A stretch of DNA of 64,000 nucleotides from an uncultured Candidatus Saccharibacteria bacterium (GCA_964386905.1 CAYLUP010000002.1:522-64521), one strand, 5' to 3'; counted from the stretch's first letter, positions 36,596 to 47,218 are shown. The notes: generated by a model not told the origin, from the letters alone. Numbers and translations: made by a program.

Positions 36596-39106
36596 ATGGA
36601 TTTTATTAAGAATCTTTTTGCAGATACTGCTACCAAAGACCGTCGAAAACTTGAGCCGATCGTTGCAAAGATTAATGGCTTGGAAGATGACATAAAAAAA
36701 CTCACCCCAGGAGAGCTGAGGGAAAAAACTGTTGAGTTCAAAAAGCGTTTAGAAGAAGGGGAGACTGTTGATGGCTTGCTCCCCGAGGCTTTTGCGTGTG
36801 TCCGAGAGGCGTCGATTCGCACGCTCGGTTTGCGTCAATTTGATGTTCAGTTGCTCGGAGGGATTATCCTTCACCAAGGAGGCATACCCGAAATGCGCAC
36901 AGGAGAAGGAAAGACATTGGTCGCTGTCGCTCCAGTCTACTTGAATGCTCTTTCTGGAAAGGGCGTACATGTTGTTACTGTAAATGATTATCTTGCACGC
37001 CGCGATGCAGTGTGGATGGGTCAGGTGTATGATGCACTAGGTCTTTCTGTCGCAGTCATCAATCATGATACCTCGTATGTTTATGATCCAAGCCACAAGG
37101 AGGAGGATCAGGAGCGAGACGAAGTGGGTTCATTTCGCGTTGTGTATGAATTTCTTCGTCCTTGTACGCGAAAGGATGCATATGCGGCAGATATAACGTA
37201 TGGGACAAATAGTGAATTTGGTTTTGATTATCTTCGAGACAATATTAGCTATGATGTCAGAGAGCTGCGCCAGCGCGGGCACCATTTTGCTATTGTCGAT
37301 GAGGTTGACTCTATCTTGATTGACGAGGCAAGAACACCACTGATTATTTCTGCTCAAGCAGAAGAATCAGACGCGTTTTATGCACAATTTGCAGAGATTG
37401 CATCTCATTTACGTGAAGAAGATCATTACACTGTTGACGAAAAGCACAAGGCTATTCAGCTCACCGAAGCAGGTATGTCGAAGGCTGAAGAATTGCTTGG
37501 CGTGGAAAATATTTATACGGAAAAGGGAGTGAAGTATGTTCATCATCTTGAAACTGCTGTCCGTGCGAAAGCGTTATTTTTACATGACAGAGAATATGTT
37601 GTTCAGCATGGAGAAGTGGTTATAGTTGATGAATTTACGGGTCGCTTGCAGCCAGGACGACGTTGGTCTGAGGGGCTTCACCAGGCGATTGAGGCAAAAG
37701 AGCGCGTGCCAGTACAGCGAGAGAGTCGCACAATGGCATCGATCACGTACCAAAACTACTTTAAGCTGTACGACAAATTGTCGGGCATGACGGGTACTGC
37801 GGCAACAAGCAGTGAGGAGTTTTTGAAGATCTATGGGCTCAATGTTATTCCAGTTCCGCCGAATAAGCCATCGGGCCGCATCGACTTGGACGACCTTATT
37901 TTCCAAACAGAGAAGGGGAAGTTTATGGCAATCGCAAAGCGGGTCAAGGAACTTCATGAAAAAGGACAGCCTGTGCTGATCGGTACTGTTTCCGTTGAAA
38001 ACAATGAGCGCCTTTCTCAGTTTCTTGAAAAAGAAGGTATTCCGCACACCGTGCTGAATGCAAAGAATCATGAACGAGAAGGTGAAATCGTTGCACAAGC
38101 AGGGAAAAAGGGTGCTGTCACAATTGCTACCAACATGGCAGGTCGCGGTGTCGACATTAAGCTTGGTGGAAATCCGTACACAAAGGAGGAATATGAAGAA
38201 GTCCTTGCACTTGGCGGACTGGCAGTAATTGGTACTGAGCGTCATGACGCGCGACGCATTGACAATCAGCTTCGTGGGCGTTCCGGACGTCAAGGTGATG
38301 CTGGTTTGACTCAGTTTTATGTCTCAATGGAAGATTCGCTGATGCGTATTTTTGCGACAGACACTGTGAAGTCGATGCTCGGTCGGTTTGGTGTTCCTGA
38401 AGATGAACCGATCGCAATGGGAATGATCACTAGAGCATTAGAGAATGCACAGAACAAGATTGAAGGATTTAACTTTGATGCTCGCAAGCATGTGTTTCAA
38501 TATGACAACGTCGTGAATGTGCAGCGACAGGCAATGTATGCACGTAGACATAAGTTGCTCACCGGAGAACTTCTTGATGTTGAACAGTACTTCATTCAAT
38601 TGTGTGAGGAGGGCGGAGAACAAGGAAAACTTGCACTTGAAGCCGCGAAGCGACACATCGATGCTGTGGGTGGCGAGAAATTCTATACAATGATTCGTCG
38701 TTTGTGCTTGCAAGTGAATGACATGCACTGGGTAGATCATCTTGAAATGATGGATTACTCTCGTTCCTCGGTAAATCTTCGTGCATATGGACAGCGAGAT
38801 CCGCTGGTGGAGTATAAGCGTGAGGCGCTTCGCATGTATCGAGATATGGAGGCTTCGATCGCAACACAGATCCTCGATGTTGTTCCGCGTTTTGTTATTG
38901 AAGAAGATGATGAGGCAAAAAAACGACGACTTGCTGAAGAAGAGAAGGCGCGAGAATCTATCGTTCGCCAAATGTCTCAGGCGAGTGCTCCAGTTTCTGG
39001 AGAGGCTGGTCCTTCTCATGTTGTCAAAGTTGAGAAAATTGGACGCAATGATCCTTGCCATTGTGGGAGTGGAAAGAAATATAAGCACTGTCACGGAAAG
39101 GAATAG
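36596..39106 (+). CDS. secA: Preprotein translocase ATPase SecA
   Basis: 836 aa; DEAD-like motor and PPXD; C-terminal zinc-binding CHCGSGKKYKHCHG. Confidence 0.95.
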   Translation: MDFIKNLFADTATKDRRKLEPIVAKINGLEDDIKKLTPGELREKTVEFKKRLEEGETVDGLLPEAFACVREASIRTLGLRQFDVQLLGGIILHQGGIPEMRTGEGKTLVAVAPVYLNALSGKGVHVVTVNDYLARRDAVWMGQVYDALGLSVAVINHDTSYVYDPSHKEEDQERDEVGSFRVVYEFLRPCTRKDAYAADITYGTNSEFGFDYLRDNISYDVRELRQRGHHFAIVDEVDSILIDEARTPLIISAQAEESDAFYAQFAEIASHLREEDHYTVDEKHKAIQLTEAGMSKAEELLGVENIYTEKGVKYVHHLETAVRAKALFLHDREYVVQHGEVVIVDEFTGRLQPGRRWSEGLHQAIEAKERVPVQRESRTMASITYQNYFKLYDKLSGMTGTAATSSEEFLKIYGLNVIPVPPNKPSGRIDLDDLIFQTEKGKFMAIAKRVKELHEKGQPVLIGTVSVENNERLSQFLEKEGIPHTVLNAKNHEREGEIVAQAGKKGAVTIATNMAGRGVDIKLGGNPYTKEEYEEVLALGGLAVIGTERHDARRIDNQLRGRSGRQGDAGLTQFYVSMEDSLMRIFATDTVKSMLGRFGVPEDEPIAMGMITRALENAQNKIEGFNFDARKHVFQYDNVVNVQRQAMYARRHKLLTGELLDVEQYFIQLCEEGGEQGKLALEAAKRHIDAVGGEKFYTMIRRLCLQVNDMHWVDHLEMMDYSRSSVNLRAYGQRDPLVEYKREALRMYRDMEASIATQILDVVPRFVIEEDDEAKKRRLAEEEKARESIVRQMSQASAPVSGEAGPSHVVKVEKIGRNDPCHCGSGKKYKHCHGKE

Positions 39107-39255
39107 AGAGGGTGGGTGTTAGTGGTGAGAAGAAGTAAAACGGCCACTCGGCCGTTTTTGCGTACCTGTTCTAGATGCAAAGTGTATCGAATAATCAGCA
39201 CTGAAAGTCTCGCCGCAAACATTCCTTTAACTGGTAATCTCTCGTATGTTACAAT

Positions 39256-40302
39256 ATGTCTATGGCTACTAAACCAAATACAACAGAACTTATATTCTTT
39301 TGGGTTTTATTCGGTATCGCCGGTGTCTTGGCGTATTTCATTTTTGCTCCGTATTTGACGACGCTATTTCTTGGCCTTGTTCTTGCAATTGTTCTCTATA
39401 CCCCGTATCAATGGATGCTTCGAAAAATGAAGGGAAGAGAGACTCTTGCTGCATCACTTATGACCACGTTAACACTCTTTTTGATACTGATTCCACTTTT
39501 TTTCATCGGCACGCTCCTGGCTGGGGAGGTGGTGGATGCGTATAACCTATTTTCTCAGAGCGGAAATGGCGTTTTGGAGCGCGCAACATCTGCAGCGAAT
39601 TCAGCAATACAGTCGTTGGTTCCTGGCAGTACTTTTCAAATTAATCTTAGTGCATTCGCAGGGCATGTTTTGCAATATATCAGCTCAAATCTGAACGCAC
39701 TCTTTATGGGTGTTGCAGGTGCAATTTTTGATGTTGTGCTTATGCTTGCTGCACTGTTTTTCTTTTTACGTGATGGACAGAAACTGAAGAAGTTTGCGGA
39801 AGATTGGTCTCCGCTTCCTCTTGCATATGATGAAAATATTTTGTCTCGTCTCTCGCAATCTGTTTCTGCAGTAGTAAAGGGAACACTCGTCGTTGCTGTT
39901 GTGCAGGGAGTTGCAACAGGGATTGGTTTAGCTATATTCGGTGTCCCTGGAGCATTGTTGTGGGGCCTTGTTGCTGTTGTCGTCGCTATGATTCCGGCCG
40001 TGGGAACTGCGCTGGTGTTTGTTCCTGCTGCTTTATATCTTATCTTTTCTGGTGCATTTTTCCCAGCAATAGGGCTCGTGCTTTGGGGTGCGCTACTTGT
40101 GGGGAACCTTGATGGGATTCTGCGTCCTATTTTAATGAGGAAGGGCTTGAACCTGCACCCACTCATCACATTCCTCTCCGTGCTCGGCGGACTTGCCTTT
40201 TTTGGCCCAATCGGTTTTGTTGCTGGTCCTATCGCAATTTCTCTGTTCTTTGTCTTGCTTGATGTTTATCCAAAACTCATTCGCGGAGAACCTGCTCATT
40301 AA
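39256..40302 (+). CDS. AI-2E family transporter (UPF0118 / PerM-like)
   Basis: 348 aa; 8 TM; conserved C-terminal G..LVGNLDGILRPILM...G..AFFGPIGFVAGP. Confidence 0.75.
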   Translation: MSMATKPNTTELIFFWVLFGIAGVLAYFIFAPYLTTLFLGLVLAIVLYTPYQWMLRKMKGRETLAASLMTTLTLFLILIPLFFIGTLLAGEVVDAYNLFSQSGNGVLERATSAANSAIQSLVPGSTFQINLSAFAGHVLQYISSNLNALFMGVAGAIFDVVLMLAALFFFLRDGQKLKKFAEDWSPLPLAYDENILSRLSQSVSAVVKGTLVVAVVQGVATGIGLAIFGVPGALLWGLVAVVVAMIPAVGTALVFVPAALYLIFSGAFFPAIGLVLWGALLVGNLDGILRPILMRKGLNLHPLITFLSVLGGLAFFGPIGFVAGPIAISLFFVLLDVYPKLIRGEPAH

Positions 40303-40555
40303 TTTGTGTATAACCTGTGCATAACCTCAAATATTTCGACTTGCACACTACGCCTGTGAGGATATAATAGTTTCAGTAGGATAAAACCTACCCGGAACTC
40401 GTACATGGGAGAGAAAAAACTCAACCATTTCTCGGATGAACGAGCATATCGAGAACAAAAACCCACGGTGGCCACTGTGGGTTTTTAGTATCTCAAGTCT
40501 TGATTTTTGTGAACTTTCTGATATACTTACCCCATTACTCATTAAGCTTAAGATT

Positions 40556-41173
40556 ATGATAACGATCGAAGCAGTCCAGCGCGACGCGAAAGTAAATCCA
40601 AAGCAACTCCGAAGTGAAGGACGTATTCCCGCGGTGTTCTATGGAAAGGGCGTGGAGGCAACCTCTATCTCAATTAGCAATGCGCAATTTATTAAGGCAT
40701 ACCGTGAGGCAGGAGAGTCAACTATTGTTACTCTCTCAGTCGGAGGCAAGAAACACTCTGTATTGATTCATGATGTTTCTCGTCATGCAGTGACAGGAAA
40801 CATTCTCCATGTTGATTTTCTCGTTGTCCCTATGGATAAGGAAATCGAGGTTTCCGTTCCGCTTTCCTTTGAAGGGGAGGCTGGAGCAGCAAAGCTTGGT
40901 GCAAACATCATTAAGGTTATGCATGAAGTCACTGTTTCTGCATTGCCAACAAATCTCCCACATTCAATTTCTGTCGACCTTTCGAAGCTTGGGGATATTG
41001 ATGCGCACATCACAATTGGTGATTTGGTCCTTCCAAAGAACGTCAAAATTGTTGAAGGTGCAGAAGAGGTTGTTGCCATTGCAGCGCCTGCTCAAGAAGA
41101 AACAGAAGCTCCTGCTGTTGATATGGCAGCTATTGAAGTTGAACAAAAAGGGAAGAAGGAGGATGCAGCATAA
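40556..41173 (+). CDS. rplY: 50S ribosomal protein L25 (Ctc/general stress form)
   Basis: MITIEAVQRDAKVNPKQLRSEGRIPAVFYGKG N-terminus; long Ctc-type C-terminal domain; terminator aaaacgggaattcccgtttttt follows. Confidence 0.85.
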   Translation: MITIEAVQRDAKVNPKQLRSEGRIPAVFYGKGVEATSISISNAQFIKAYREAGESTIVTLSVGGKKHSVLIHDVSRHAVTGNILHVDFLVVPMDKEIEVSVPLSFEGEAGAAKLGANIIKVMHEVTVSALPTNLPHSISVDLSKLGDIDAHITIGDLVLPKNVKIVEGAEEVVAIAAPAQEETEAPAVDMAAIEVEQKGKKEDAA

Positions 41174-41251
41174 AAACGGGAATTCCCGTTTTTTGTTTGC
41201 CTCAGTTTGCGTTGTGTTGCGTGCTTGAACGAACGGTCACGTTTTCGTGGT

Positions 41252-42640
41252 AAAATGGTTATATCTATGATGGACAGAACGCATCCGTTTCGTATTTTTT
41301 TTACTGTTTTTCTTCCGGTATTGATAATTACCAGCGCTTTGTTGATTATCCCGCAGTACTCTTTTGCGGTGTCTTGTACTGCCGATGTAGGAAACGATCG
41401 CACGCTTTTGGAACAGCAAATGAAAGCATGTGATGAAGAAGTTGTGGAACTGAATAAGACAATTGATGGTCTTCTGAAGCGTGGAAAAACTTATAATAAT
41501 GAAATTGAGCTTCTCCGTGCACGTATTCAAAAAGCGCAATCGAACATAAGGGCGAAAAATGTACAAATTTCTCGATTGTCAGAAGATATTTCAAAGAAGA
41601 CAAGCGAGGTCAATCGATTGTCAAATAAGCTTGATCGTGAACGGCAGTCGCTCGCACAACTCGTTCGAAGGACGGCAGAATATGATCAAGTCTCTCTTGT
41701 TGAAGCCTTGCTTTCTGGAGACAACATCTCCGGATTTTTCCAGGACGTTGATGAGTTTGTGTCTCTCCAAGAAGCGTTAAGTCATTCAGCACAAACATTA
41801 AAGCAACTCCGAAAAGAGACAGAAGATGTCCGAACAAGTCTTGAGGAGAAAAAAGATAAAGAGCTTGATGTGAAGATTGAGCTCGAGAGGGCGCGTACGG
41901 AGCATGAGCAAAATCAAAAAGAACAACAAAAACTATTGGCCCTGACGAAAAATAAAGAAAAGGAATTTCAGAATGTGCTTGCAGATAGAAAGAAACGCAT
42001 TGCAGCGATTCGTGAAGCCTTGTTTAAACTTCAGGACGACACGCAGATTTCTTTTGGACAGGCATACGATTATGCGTTAGAAGCAGAAAAAGATCTTGGA
42101 ATTCGGCCCGCATTTCTTCTCGCAATTTTTTCACAAGAATCAAATTTTGGAAAATTCGTAGGAGGCTGCGTTGTTACAGATGAGCTTGGAAATGGTAAAC
42201 GTATTAAATCTGGAGAAAAGCTGACTCGCGTGATGGCTGCTCCACGAGATACAGTGCCATTTAAGAAAATCGCGGATGCATTAGGAAAAGATATGTACAG
42301 CACACCAGTCTCATGCCCTCTTTCATATGGATATGGAGGCGCTATGGGTGCTGCACAATTCATTCCATCAACCTGGATTAACTTTGTTCCTCGGGTACAA
42401 AAACTTGTTGGATCATACCCAAATCCATGGAACCCACGTCACGCTTTCATTACTTCAGCCATGTATCTTACTGATCTTGGCGCCGGAAAGCGTACTCCAA
42501 GTGCAGAGCGTACTGCTGCTTGTAAGTATTATTCTGGTGCAGCGTGTGGCGTGCGAACTGGTTCCGCGGCGTACGGTGATTCTGTGCTAAGGAAAGCGGA
42601 GACGATTCAGAAGACGATGATCGATCCGATGAATCAATAA
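41252..42640 (+). CDS. Membrane-anchored coiled-coil protein with C-terminal lytic transglycosylase (SLT-like) domain
   Basis: TM, about 250-aa coiled coil, then AIFSQESNFG (catalytic Glu-Ser) and AMGAAQFIPSTW motifs. Confidence 0.65.
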   Translation, partial: KMVISMMDRTHPFRIFFTVFLPVLIITSALLIIPQYSFAVSCTADVGNDRTLLEQQMKACDEEVVELNKTIDGLLKRGKTYNNEIELLRARIQKAQSNIRAKNVQISRLSEDISKKTSEVNRLSNKLDRERQSLAQLVRRTAEYDQVSLVEALLSGDNISGFFQDVDEFVSLQEALSHSAQTLKQLRKETEDVRTSLEEKKDKELDVKIELERARTEHEQNQKEQQKLLALTKNKEKEFQNVLADRKKRIAAIREALFKLQDDTQISFGQAYDYALEAEKDLGIRPAFLLAIFSQESNFGKFVGGCVVTDELGNGKRIKSGEKLTRVMAAPRDTVPFKKIADALGKDMYSTPVSCPLSYGYGGAMGAAQFIPSTWINFVPRVQKLVGSYPNPWNPRHAFITSAMYLTDLGAGKRTPSAERTAACKYYSGAACGVRTGSAAYGDSVLRKAETIQKTMIDPMNQ

Positions 42641-42699
42641 AAGCAGCGAAAGCTGTTTTTGTTTTGGTGTATAGGGGAAGGTCTAAAGGGTATGAGGAA

Positions 42700-42960
42700 A
42701 AGGAGAAGTGAGCAGTGATAAGTGATGAGTGAATAGGAAGTCATGAGTCATGAGAAGAAAGTGCCCAGTATACAGAATAAAGTATTGTCATTGCGACAAC
42801 CTCGAGTCTTCGAGAGTTGGTGGCAATCCAGGACCGCATTTTCTATCCACTTACCACTATCCACGACATTCGTCCTGGATCGCCACACATTTGCGCAAAG
42901 CCGAAATCGTTTGCAATGACAATACGAAATACAATCCTGGATCACTCCTGAATCATAGTC
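42700..42960. repeat. Intergenic repeat cluster: (GTCATGA)n heptads at 42741-42757, a 59-bp element GTATTGTCATTGCGAC...GGTGGCAATCCAGGACC at 42782-42840, and an inverted partial copy at 42868-42925 forming a long imperfect palindrome
   Basis: Direct inspection: arms GTATTGTCATTGC / GCAATGACAATAC are perfect 13-mers; the element recurs at 58157-58215. Confidence 0.7.
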
Positions 42961-43198
42961 AAAAATAATAATTTTCTCCTTATTCAGGACAGGCTACTAG
43001 TCATCATAAAGCCATGACTTCCGGAATGACATACATATACAACGAGTATAAAGCCGATATTATTTGCAATAATAGTGCACGTTATGCTTCTTGTGGGTGG
43101 AACTCGCAACTTTATAAATCTTTAATCTGAAAGCACAAATCTTTCATTTTTCACGTTTCTCTATTCTCTATTCTCTATTTTTCAGGTATCATTACCAT

Positions 43199-44284
43199 AT
43201 GAACATTGGTGAAGGGAAGAAGGTATTTGTAGGCATGTCTGGAGGCGTAGACTCCTCTGTTGCTGCCCTCTTACTCAAACGTGCCGGGTATGATGTGACC
43301 GGTGTGTTTATTAAGGTATGGGATGCCCCTTGGCTTCCTTGTGACTGGAGAGAGGAGAGGAGAAGTGCCATGCGTGCTGCTGCAAAGATAGGAATTCCTT
43401 TCCGTACACTCGATCTTGAAAAAGAGTACAAGGAAGGCGTGGTTGATTATATGATTTCTGAATATGTTGCAGGGCGTATTCCAAACCCAGATGTCTTTTG
43501 TAATAAGAGAGTAAAGTTTGGAGGTTTTTTCGAGTATGCCATGAAGAGTGGAGCAGATTTTGTTGCCACTGGACATTATGCTCGTGTGGTTGAAAAAGAC
43601 GGAGAACGCCGGCTTGCGACTGCGAAAGACATACAAAAAGAACAAAGTTATTTTCTTTTTAATATTTCGAAAGAGGCACTCCAGAAGACAATGTTTCCAA
43701 TTGGAGATATGAAGAAATCTGAAGTACGTACAACTGCTGAAGATGCGGAACTGGTGAATGCAGACAAAAAGGATAGCCAGGGCATTTGTTTCCTGGGGCC
43801 AGTTTCAATTCAAGAGTTTCTTTCACATTATGTACAGACGGAGCCAGGTCACGTGCTCAATGAAAATGGAGAACATATTGGTGAGCATGATGGGGCACTT
43901 TTTTACACTATTGGACAGCGTCATGGCTTTCGTATCTTTGGAGAAAGTGATCGGGCTCTACCGCAATACGTTGTCTCGAAGAACATGCAAGATAATACTA
44001 TTACCGTAGGGCCACGAAGAGATGGGCTCACAAGTGCTGTTGCGCAAGGGTGTGTATTAAAAGATTGTAATTTTCTCGCGCCGGGAGATGCGTGGCACGA
44101 TGGAGAGTTGGTTATTCGTTACCATGGAGAACGAATACCTTTGGCGTCGACAACAATACTTGATAGTAAGAGTGTGCGTTGTGTTTTTCTTCACCCAGTG
44201 ACGGATATTGCTCTTGGCCAGGCGGGAGTGTATTATGTTGGTGAAGAGTGTTGTGGGGGTGGAATAATTTCAGAAGTCTTGTGA
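43199..44284 (+). CDS. mnmA: tRNA-specific 2-thiouridylase MnmA
   Basis: PP-loop VGMSGGVDSSV; conserved Cys; 361 aa. Confidence 0.9.
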   Translation: MNIGEGKKVFVGMSGGVDSSVAALLLKRAGYDVTGVFIKVWDAPWLPCDWREERRSAMRAAAKIGIPFRTLDLEKEYKEGVVDYMISEYVAGRIPNPDVFCNKRVKFGGFFEYAMKSGADFVATGHYARVVEKDGERRLATAKDIQKEQSYFLFNISKEALQKTMFPIGDMKKSEVRTTAEDAELVNADKKDSQGICFLGPVSIQEFLSHYVQTEPGHVLNENGEHIGEHDGALFYTIGQRHGFRIFGESDRALPQYVVSKNMQDNTITVGPRRDGLTSAVAQGCVLKDCNFLAPGDAWHDGELVIRYHGERIPLASTTILDSKSVRCVFLHPVTDIALGQAGVYYVGEECCGGGIISEVL

Positions 44285-44285
44285 T

Positions 44286-44846
44286 ATGCAAAAAGAGGAC
44301 ATAAAAAATATTTTCTTTGGGGTAATTGCTTCGCTTTGTATTGGTGGTGGGGCATATGTGATGATTGCGGGTTCAGCATTGGGAAAAGAAGGAGATGTGC
44401 GTGCACAGATGGAGGCGGTTGAGGCAATTGCGACAGATGATATTTCATTAGAGGCTCGTCCAATGCCCGCCCAAAAACAAAAATTACTACAACACACACA
44501 AACAATGAATACATTTAATCAAGATGGTGTCACTATCGAAATCGTTCAAGAAGGACAAGGAGAATCTGTAAAGAATGGCCAGGTTGCAGTTGTCCATTAT
44601 ACTGGTATGTTCCTCGACGGGAAGGTGTTTGATTCAAGCATTCCCCGTGGGCAAACCTTTCCGGTGCAGCTCGGAGCTGGCATGGTTATAGAGGGATGGG
44701 AAAAAGGACTCCTTGGTATGAAGGTTGGCGAAAAACGTCGCTTAACAATACCCCCTGAGCTCGGTTATGGTGCGCGTGGAGCAGGTGGTGTTATCCCGCC
44801 AAATGCAACGCTTTTGTTTGACGTTGAGTTGATTGAAATCCAGTAA
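44286..44846 (+). CDS. Membrane-anchored FKBP-type peptidyl-prolyl cis-trans isomerase
   Basis: N-terminal TM; C-terminal FKBP domain VHYTGMFLDGKVFDSS...GMVIEGWEKGLLGMKVGEKRRLTIPPELGYG...LLFDVELIEI. Confidence 0.85.
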   Translation: MQKEDIKNIFFGVIASLCIGGGAYVMIAGSALGKEGDVRAQMEAVEAIATDDISLEARPMPAQKQKLLQHTQTMNTFNQDGVTIEIVQEGQGESVKNGQVAVVHYTGMFLDGKVFDSSIPRGQTFPVQLGAGMVIEGWEKGLLGMKVGEKRRLTIPPELGYGARGAGGVIPPNATLLFDVELIEIQ

Positions 44847-44971
44847 ATAGAAAATGAGCAGTACGCTCATTTTTTTGTTATACTATGAAAGTTGTCATGG
44901 TAGGTTTGCTGCGAGGTCTTTGGGTGCGCAAGCAAACGATATTTACATTTTACTACTTTACACACTATTTC

Positions 44972-45826
44972 ATGCGACCGATATATATCATCAAACAAGG
45001 AGGTTATAAGGAATTGTGGGATCCACAAAAAGTTGAACGATCATTGCGTGCAGCACGTGCTGATGAGGCAGTGATTGGAGAAGTTATGAAGCGTCTTGAT
45101 GCTGAAGTGAAGGATGACATGTCTACAAAAGATATTTATCGCCTCGCATTTGGGATTCTCCGAAAAATACATCGTCCGACTGCGGCACAATATAGTTTAA
45201 AGAATGCAATCATGGAGCTTGGCCCGTCAGGGTTTCCATTTGAGAAATTCTTTGCTGAAATTTTGAAGGGAGAAGGTTTTCACACGCAAGTCGGAGTGAT
45301 CGTAAAGGGTGCATGTGTTGATCATGAGGTGGATGTTATTGCAGAGCGTGATGGGGAGCGATACCTTGTTGAGGCAAAATATCACAACTCCTCAAGTGTC
45401 AAAACAGATGTGAAGGTCGCACTGTATGTTCATGCGCGTTTTCTCGATATTGAAAAGCAACTTGAGAAATCAGCTGCTGGGGTTGGGTATTATAATCAAC
45501 CGTGGATTATCACTAATACAAGTTTTACGACTCAGGCTATTCAGTATGGTTCATGTGCCGGTTTGCGTATGACGGGCTGGAATTATCCAAAGGGGAATAC
45601 ACTCCAAGATATGATCCAACACACACAGACTCATCCGATTACGAGTTTGACAACTCTCACGCGTGGGCAAAAGAATGCGATTATCACAAAGGGCTACGTG
45701 CTTTGTCGAGACATTCTTGAACAGCCAAAAATCCTTGAAGATATTGGTGTTGTGAAAGGCAGGTTGAATGCAACAATAGAGGAGGCGACGCATTTATGCC
45801 ATCCTGATGTTCAAGCTCAAAAATAG
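44972..45826 (+). CDS. ATP-cone domain fused to Mrr-like restriction-endonuclease (PD-(D/E)xK) domain protein
   Basis: N-terminal IIKQGGYKELWDPQKVERSL...RLDAEV (ATP-cone pattern); central Mrr_cat-like EGFHTQVGVIVKGACVDHEVDVIAERDGERYLVEAKYH. Confidence 0.55.
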   Translation: MRPIYIIKQGGYKELWDPQKVERSLRAARADEAVIGEVMKRLDAEVKDDMSTKDIYRLAFGILRKIHRPTAAQYSLKNAIMELGPSGFPFEKFFAEILKGEGFHTQVGVIVKGACVDHEVDVIAERDGERYLVEAKYHNSSSVKTDVKVALYVHARFLDIEKQLEKSAAGVGYYNQPWIITNTSFTTQAIQYGSCAGLRMTGWNYPKGNTLQDMIQHTQTHPITSLTTLTRGQKNAIITKGYVLCRDILEQPKILEDIGVVKGRLNATIEEATHLCHPDVQAQK

Positions 45827-45887
45827 GCGATGTCTGTTTTTGTTATCCCCAGAAATACATTCTTGTATTCAGGTATAATACAGGTAT

Positions 45888-46370
45888 ATGGAATACATAA
45901 CGGAATGGGAGTTCATCATCCGCCTTTCTGCGGCGGTATTGTTTGGTCTTGTTGTTGGAGCAGAACGATCTCGCGTTGGGAAACGCGCGGGAATGCGTAC
46001 ATACGCACTCGTTGCTCTTGGGGCGGCGCTGTTTGTTATTATCGCACAAGCAATAGTACAGAACACGGTAGGGCTTTTTGACTTTGACCCATTACGTATC
46101 GCCTCGCAGGTGGTTGTTGGTATCGGTTTTCTTGGAGCGGGGGTTATCTTTGTAGAGAAAAAAGTCCTCACTGGACTTACAACTGCCGCAGGAATGTGGG
46201 TGGTGGCGGGGATTGGGGCAGCATCGGGGTATGGACTGTATCTTATTGCAGCATACGTCACACTTTTGTCATTATTTGTCTTTGAAGCATTGTGGTATAT
46301 TGAAAGCAGATTTGTTCGTAAGGCCGAAGATCTCGGTCACCCCGAACACCATGAGGAGGGTTCACTATGA
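45888..46370 (+). CDS. MgtC/SapB family membrane protein
   Basis: IIRLSAAVLFGLVVGAERSRVGKRAGMRTYALVALGAALF signature. Confidence 0.8.
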   Translation: MEYITEWEFIIRLSAAVLFGLVVGAERSRVGKRAGMRTYALVALGAALFVIIAQAIVQNTVGLFDFDPLRIASQVVVGIGFLGAGVIFVEKKVLTGLTTAAGMWVVAGIGAASGYGLYLIAAYVTLLSLFVFEALWYIESRFVRKAEDLGHPEHHEEGSL

Positions 46371-47218
46371 GTAGTGTTATCACGAAGGCGGTCATTGCTG
46401 CTGCGGGAAGTGGTACGCGTTTTTTGCCGACCACGACTGTTGTCCCCAAGGAACTTATTCCCATGCTCGATAGGCCAGCAATCCAGTGGGTTGTTGACGA
46501 ACTCGTTGCGTCTGGGGTTACTGACATTCTTTTTGTGATCGCACCAGGGAAGGAAAGTATTCAGCAATATTTTTCTCCACATGATGATATCGAACGCCAT
46601 CTTCTTGCTGTGAGGAAGGAGGAGCTTTACCGTGAAGTTGCACATGTTTCTCGCGCAGCGCATATTGAGTTCGTGTACCAAACTGGACCGTATGGCAATG
46701 GCACACCGCTTCTCTGCGCGAAAGCATTCGTTGGGGAAGACCCATTTATTTATGTTTGGCCCGATGACCTCGTCTTGTCGGACACGCCATTTACCCAGAC
46801 ACTGATAGAGCGGTATGCGCGTACACATGGAATGGTTATTGGAGTTGACGAGGTTCCGTGGGAAGACGTGTGTAAGTACGGCGTTGTGGACAAGGAGAAA
46901 GGGACAGGGGTTATCCGTGGGGTCATTGAAAAACCCCGCATGGAAGATGCTCCGTCAAATCTTGTCCAATTTGGGCGCATGGTGTTGACTCGCGACATTT
47001 TTCCCGCGCTCGAAGATACGCCACTTGGCAGAGGAAATGAATTGTGGTTTGCAGATGGGCTCATGCGCTACATTACTTCAGGTGGTGTTGCATATGCTGA
47101 GCCTATCCCAGACGGGAAATGGTACACGACGGGGGACCCTGTAAACATGTTTCAGACAACCTTGGCATATGCAGCACAGGACCCGAAGTACAAACATCTT
47201 CTGACATCACCATTATGA
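46367..47218 (+). CDS. galU: UTP--glucose-1-phosphate uridylyltransferase
   Basis: KAVIAAAGSGTRFLPTTTVVPKELIPMLDRPAIQWVVDE N-terminal nucleotidyltransferase motif. Confidence 0.85.
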   Translation: MSSVITKAVIAAAGSGTRFLPTTTVVPKELIPMLDRPAIQWVVDELVASGVTDILFVIAPGKESIQQYFSPHDDIERHLLAVRKEELYREVAHVSRAAHIEFVYQTGPYGNGTPLLCAKAFVGEDPFIYVWPDDLVLSDTPFTQTLIERYARTHGMVIGVDEVPWEDVCKYGVVDKEKGTGVIRGVIEKPRMEDAPSNLVQFGRMVLTRDIFPALEDTPLGRGNELWFADGLMRYITSGGVAYAEPIPDGKWYTTGDPVNMFQTTLAYAAQDPKYKHLLTSPL

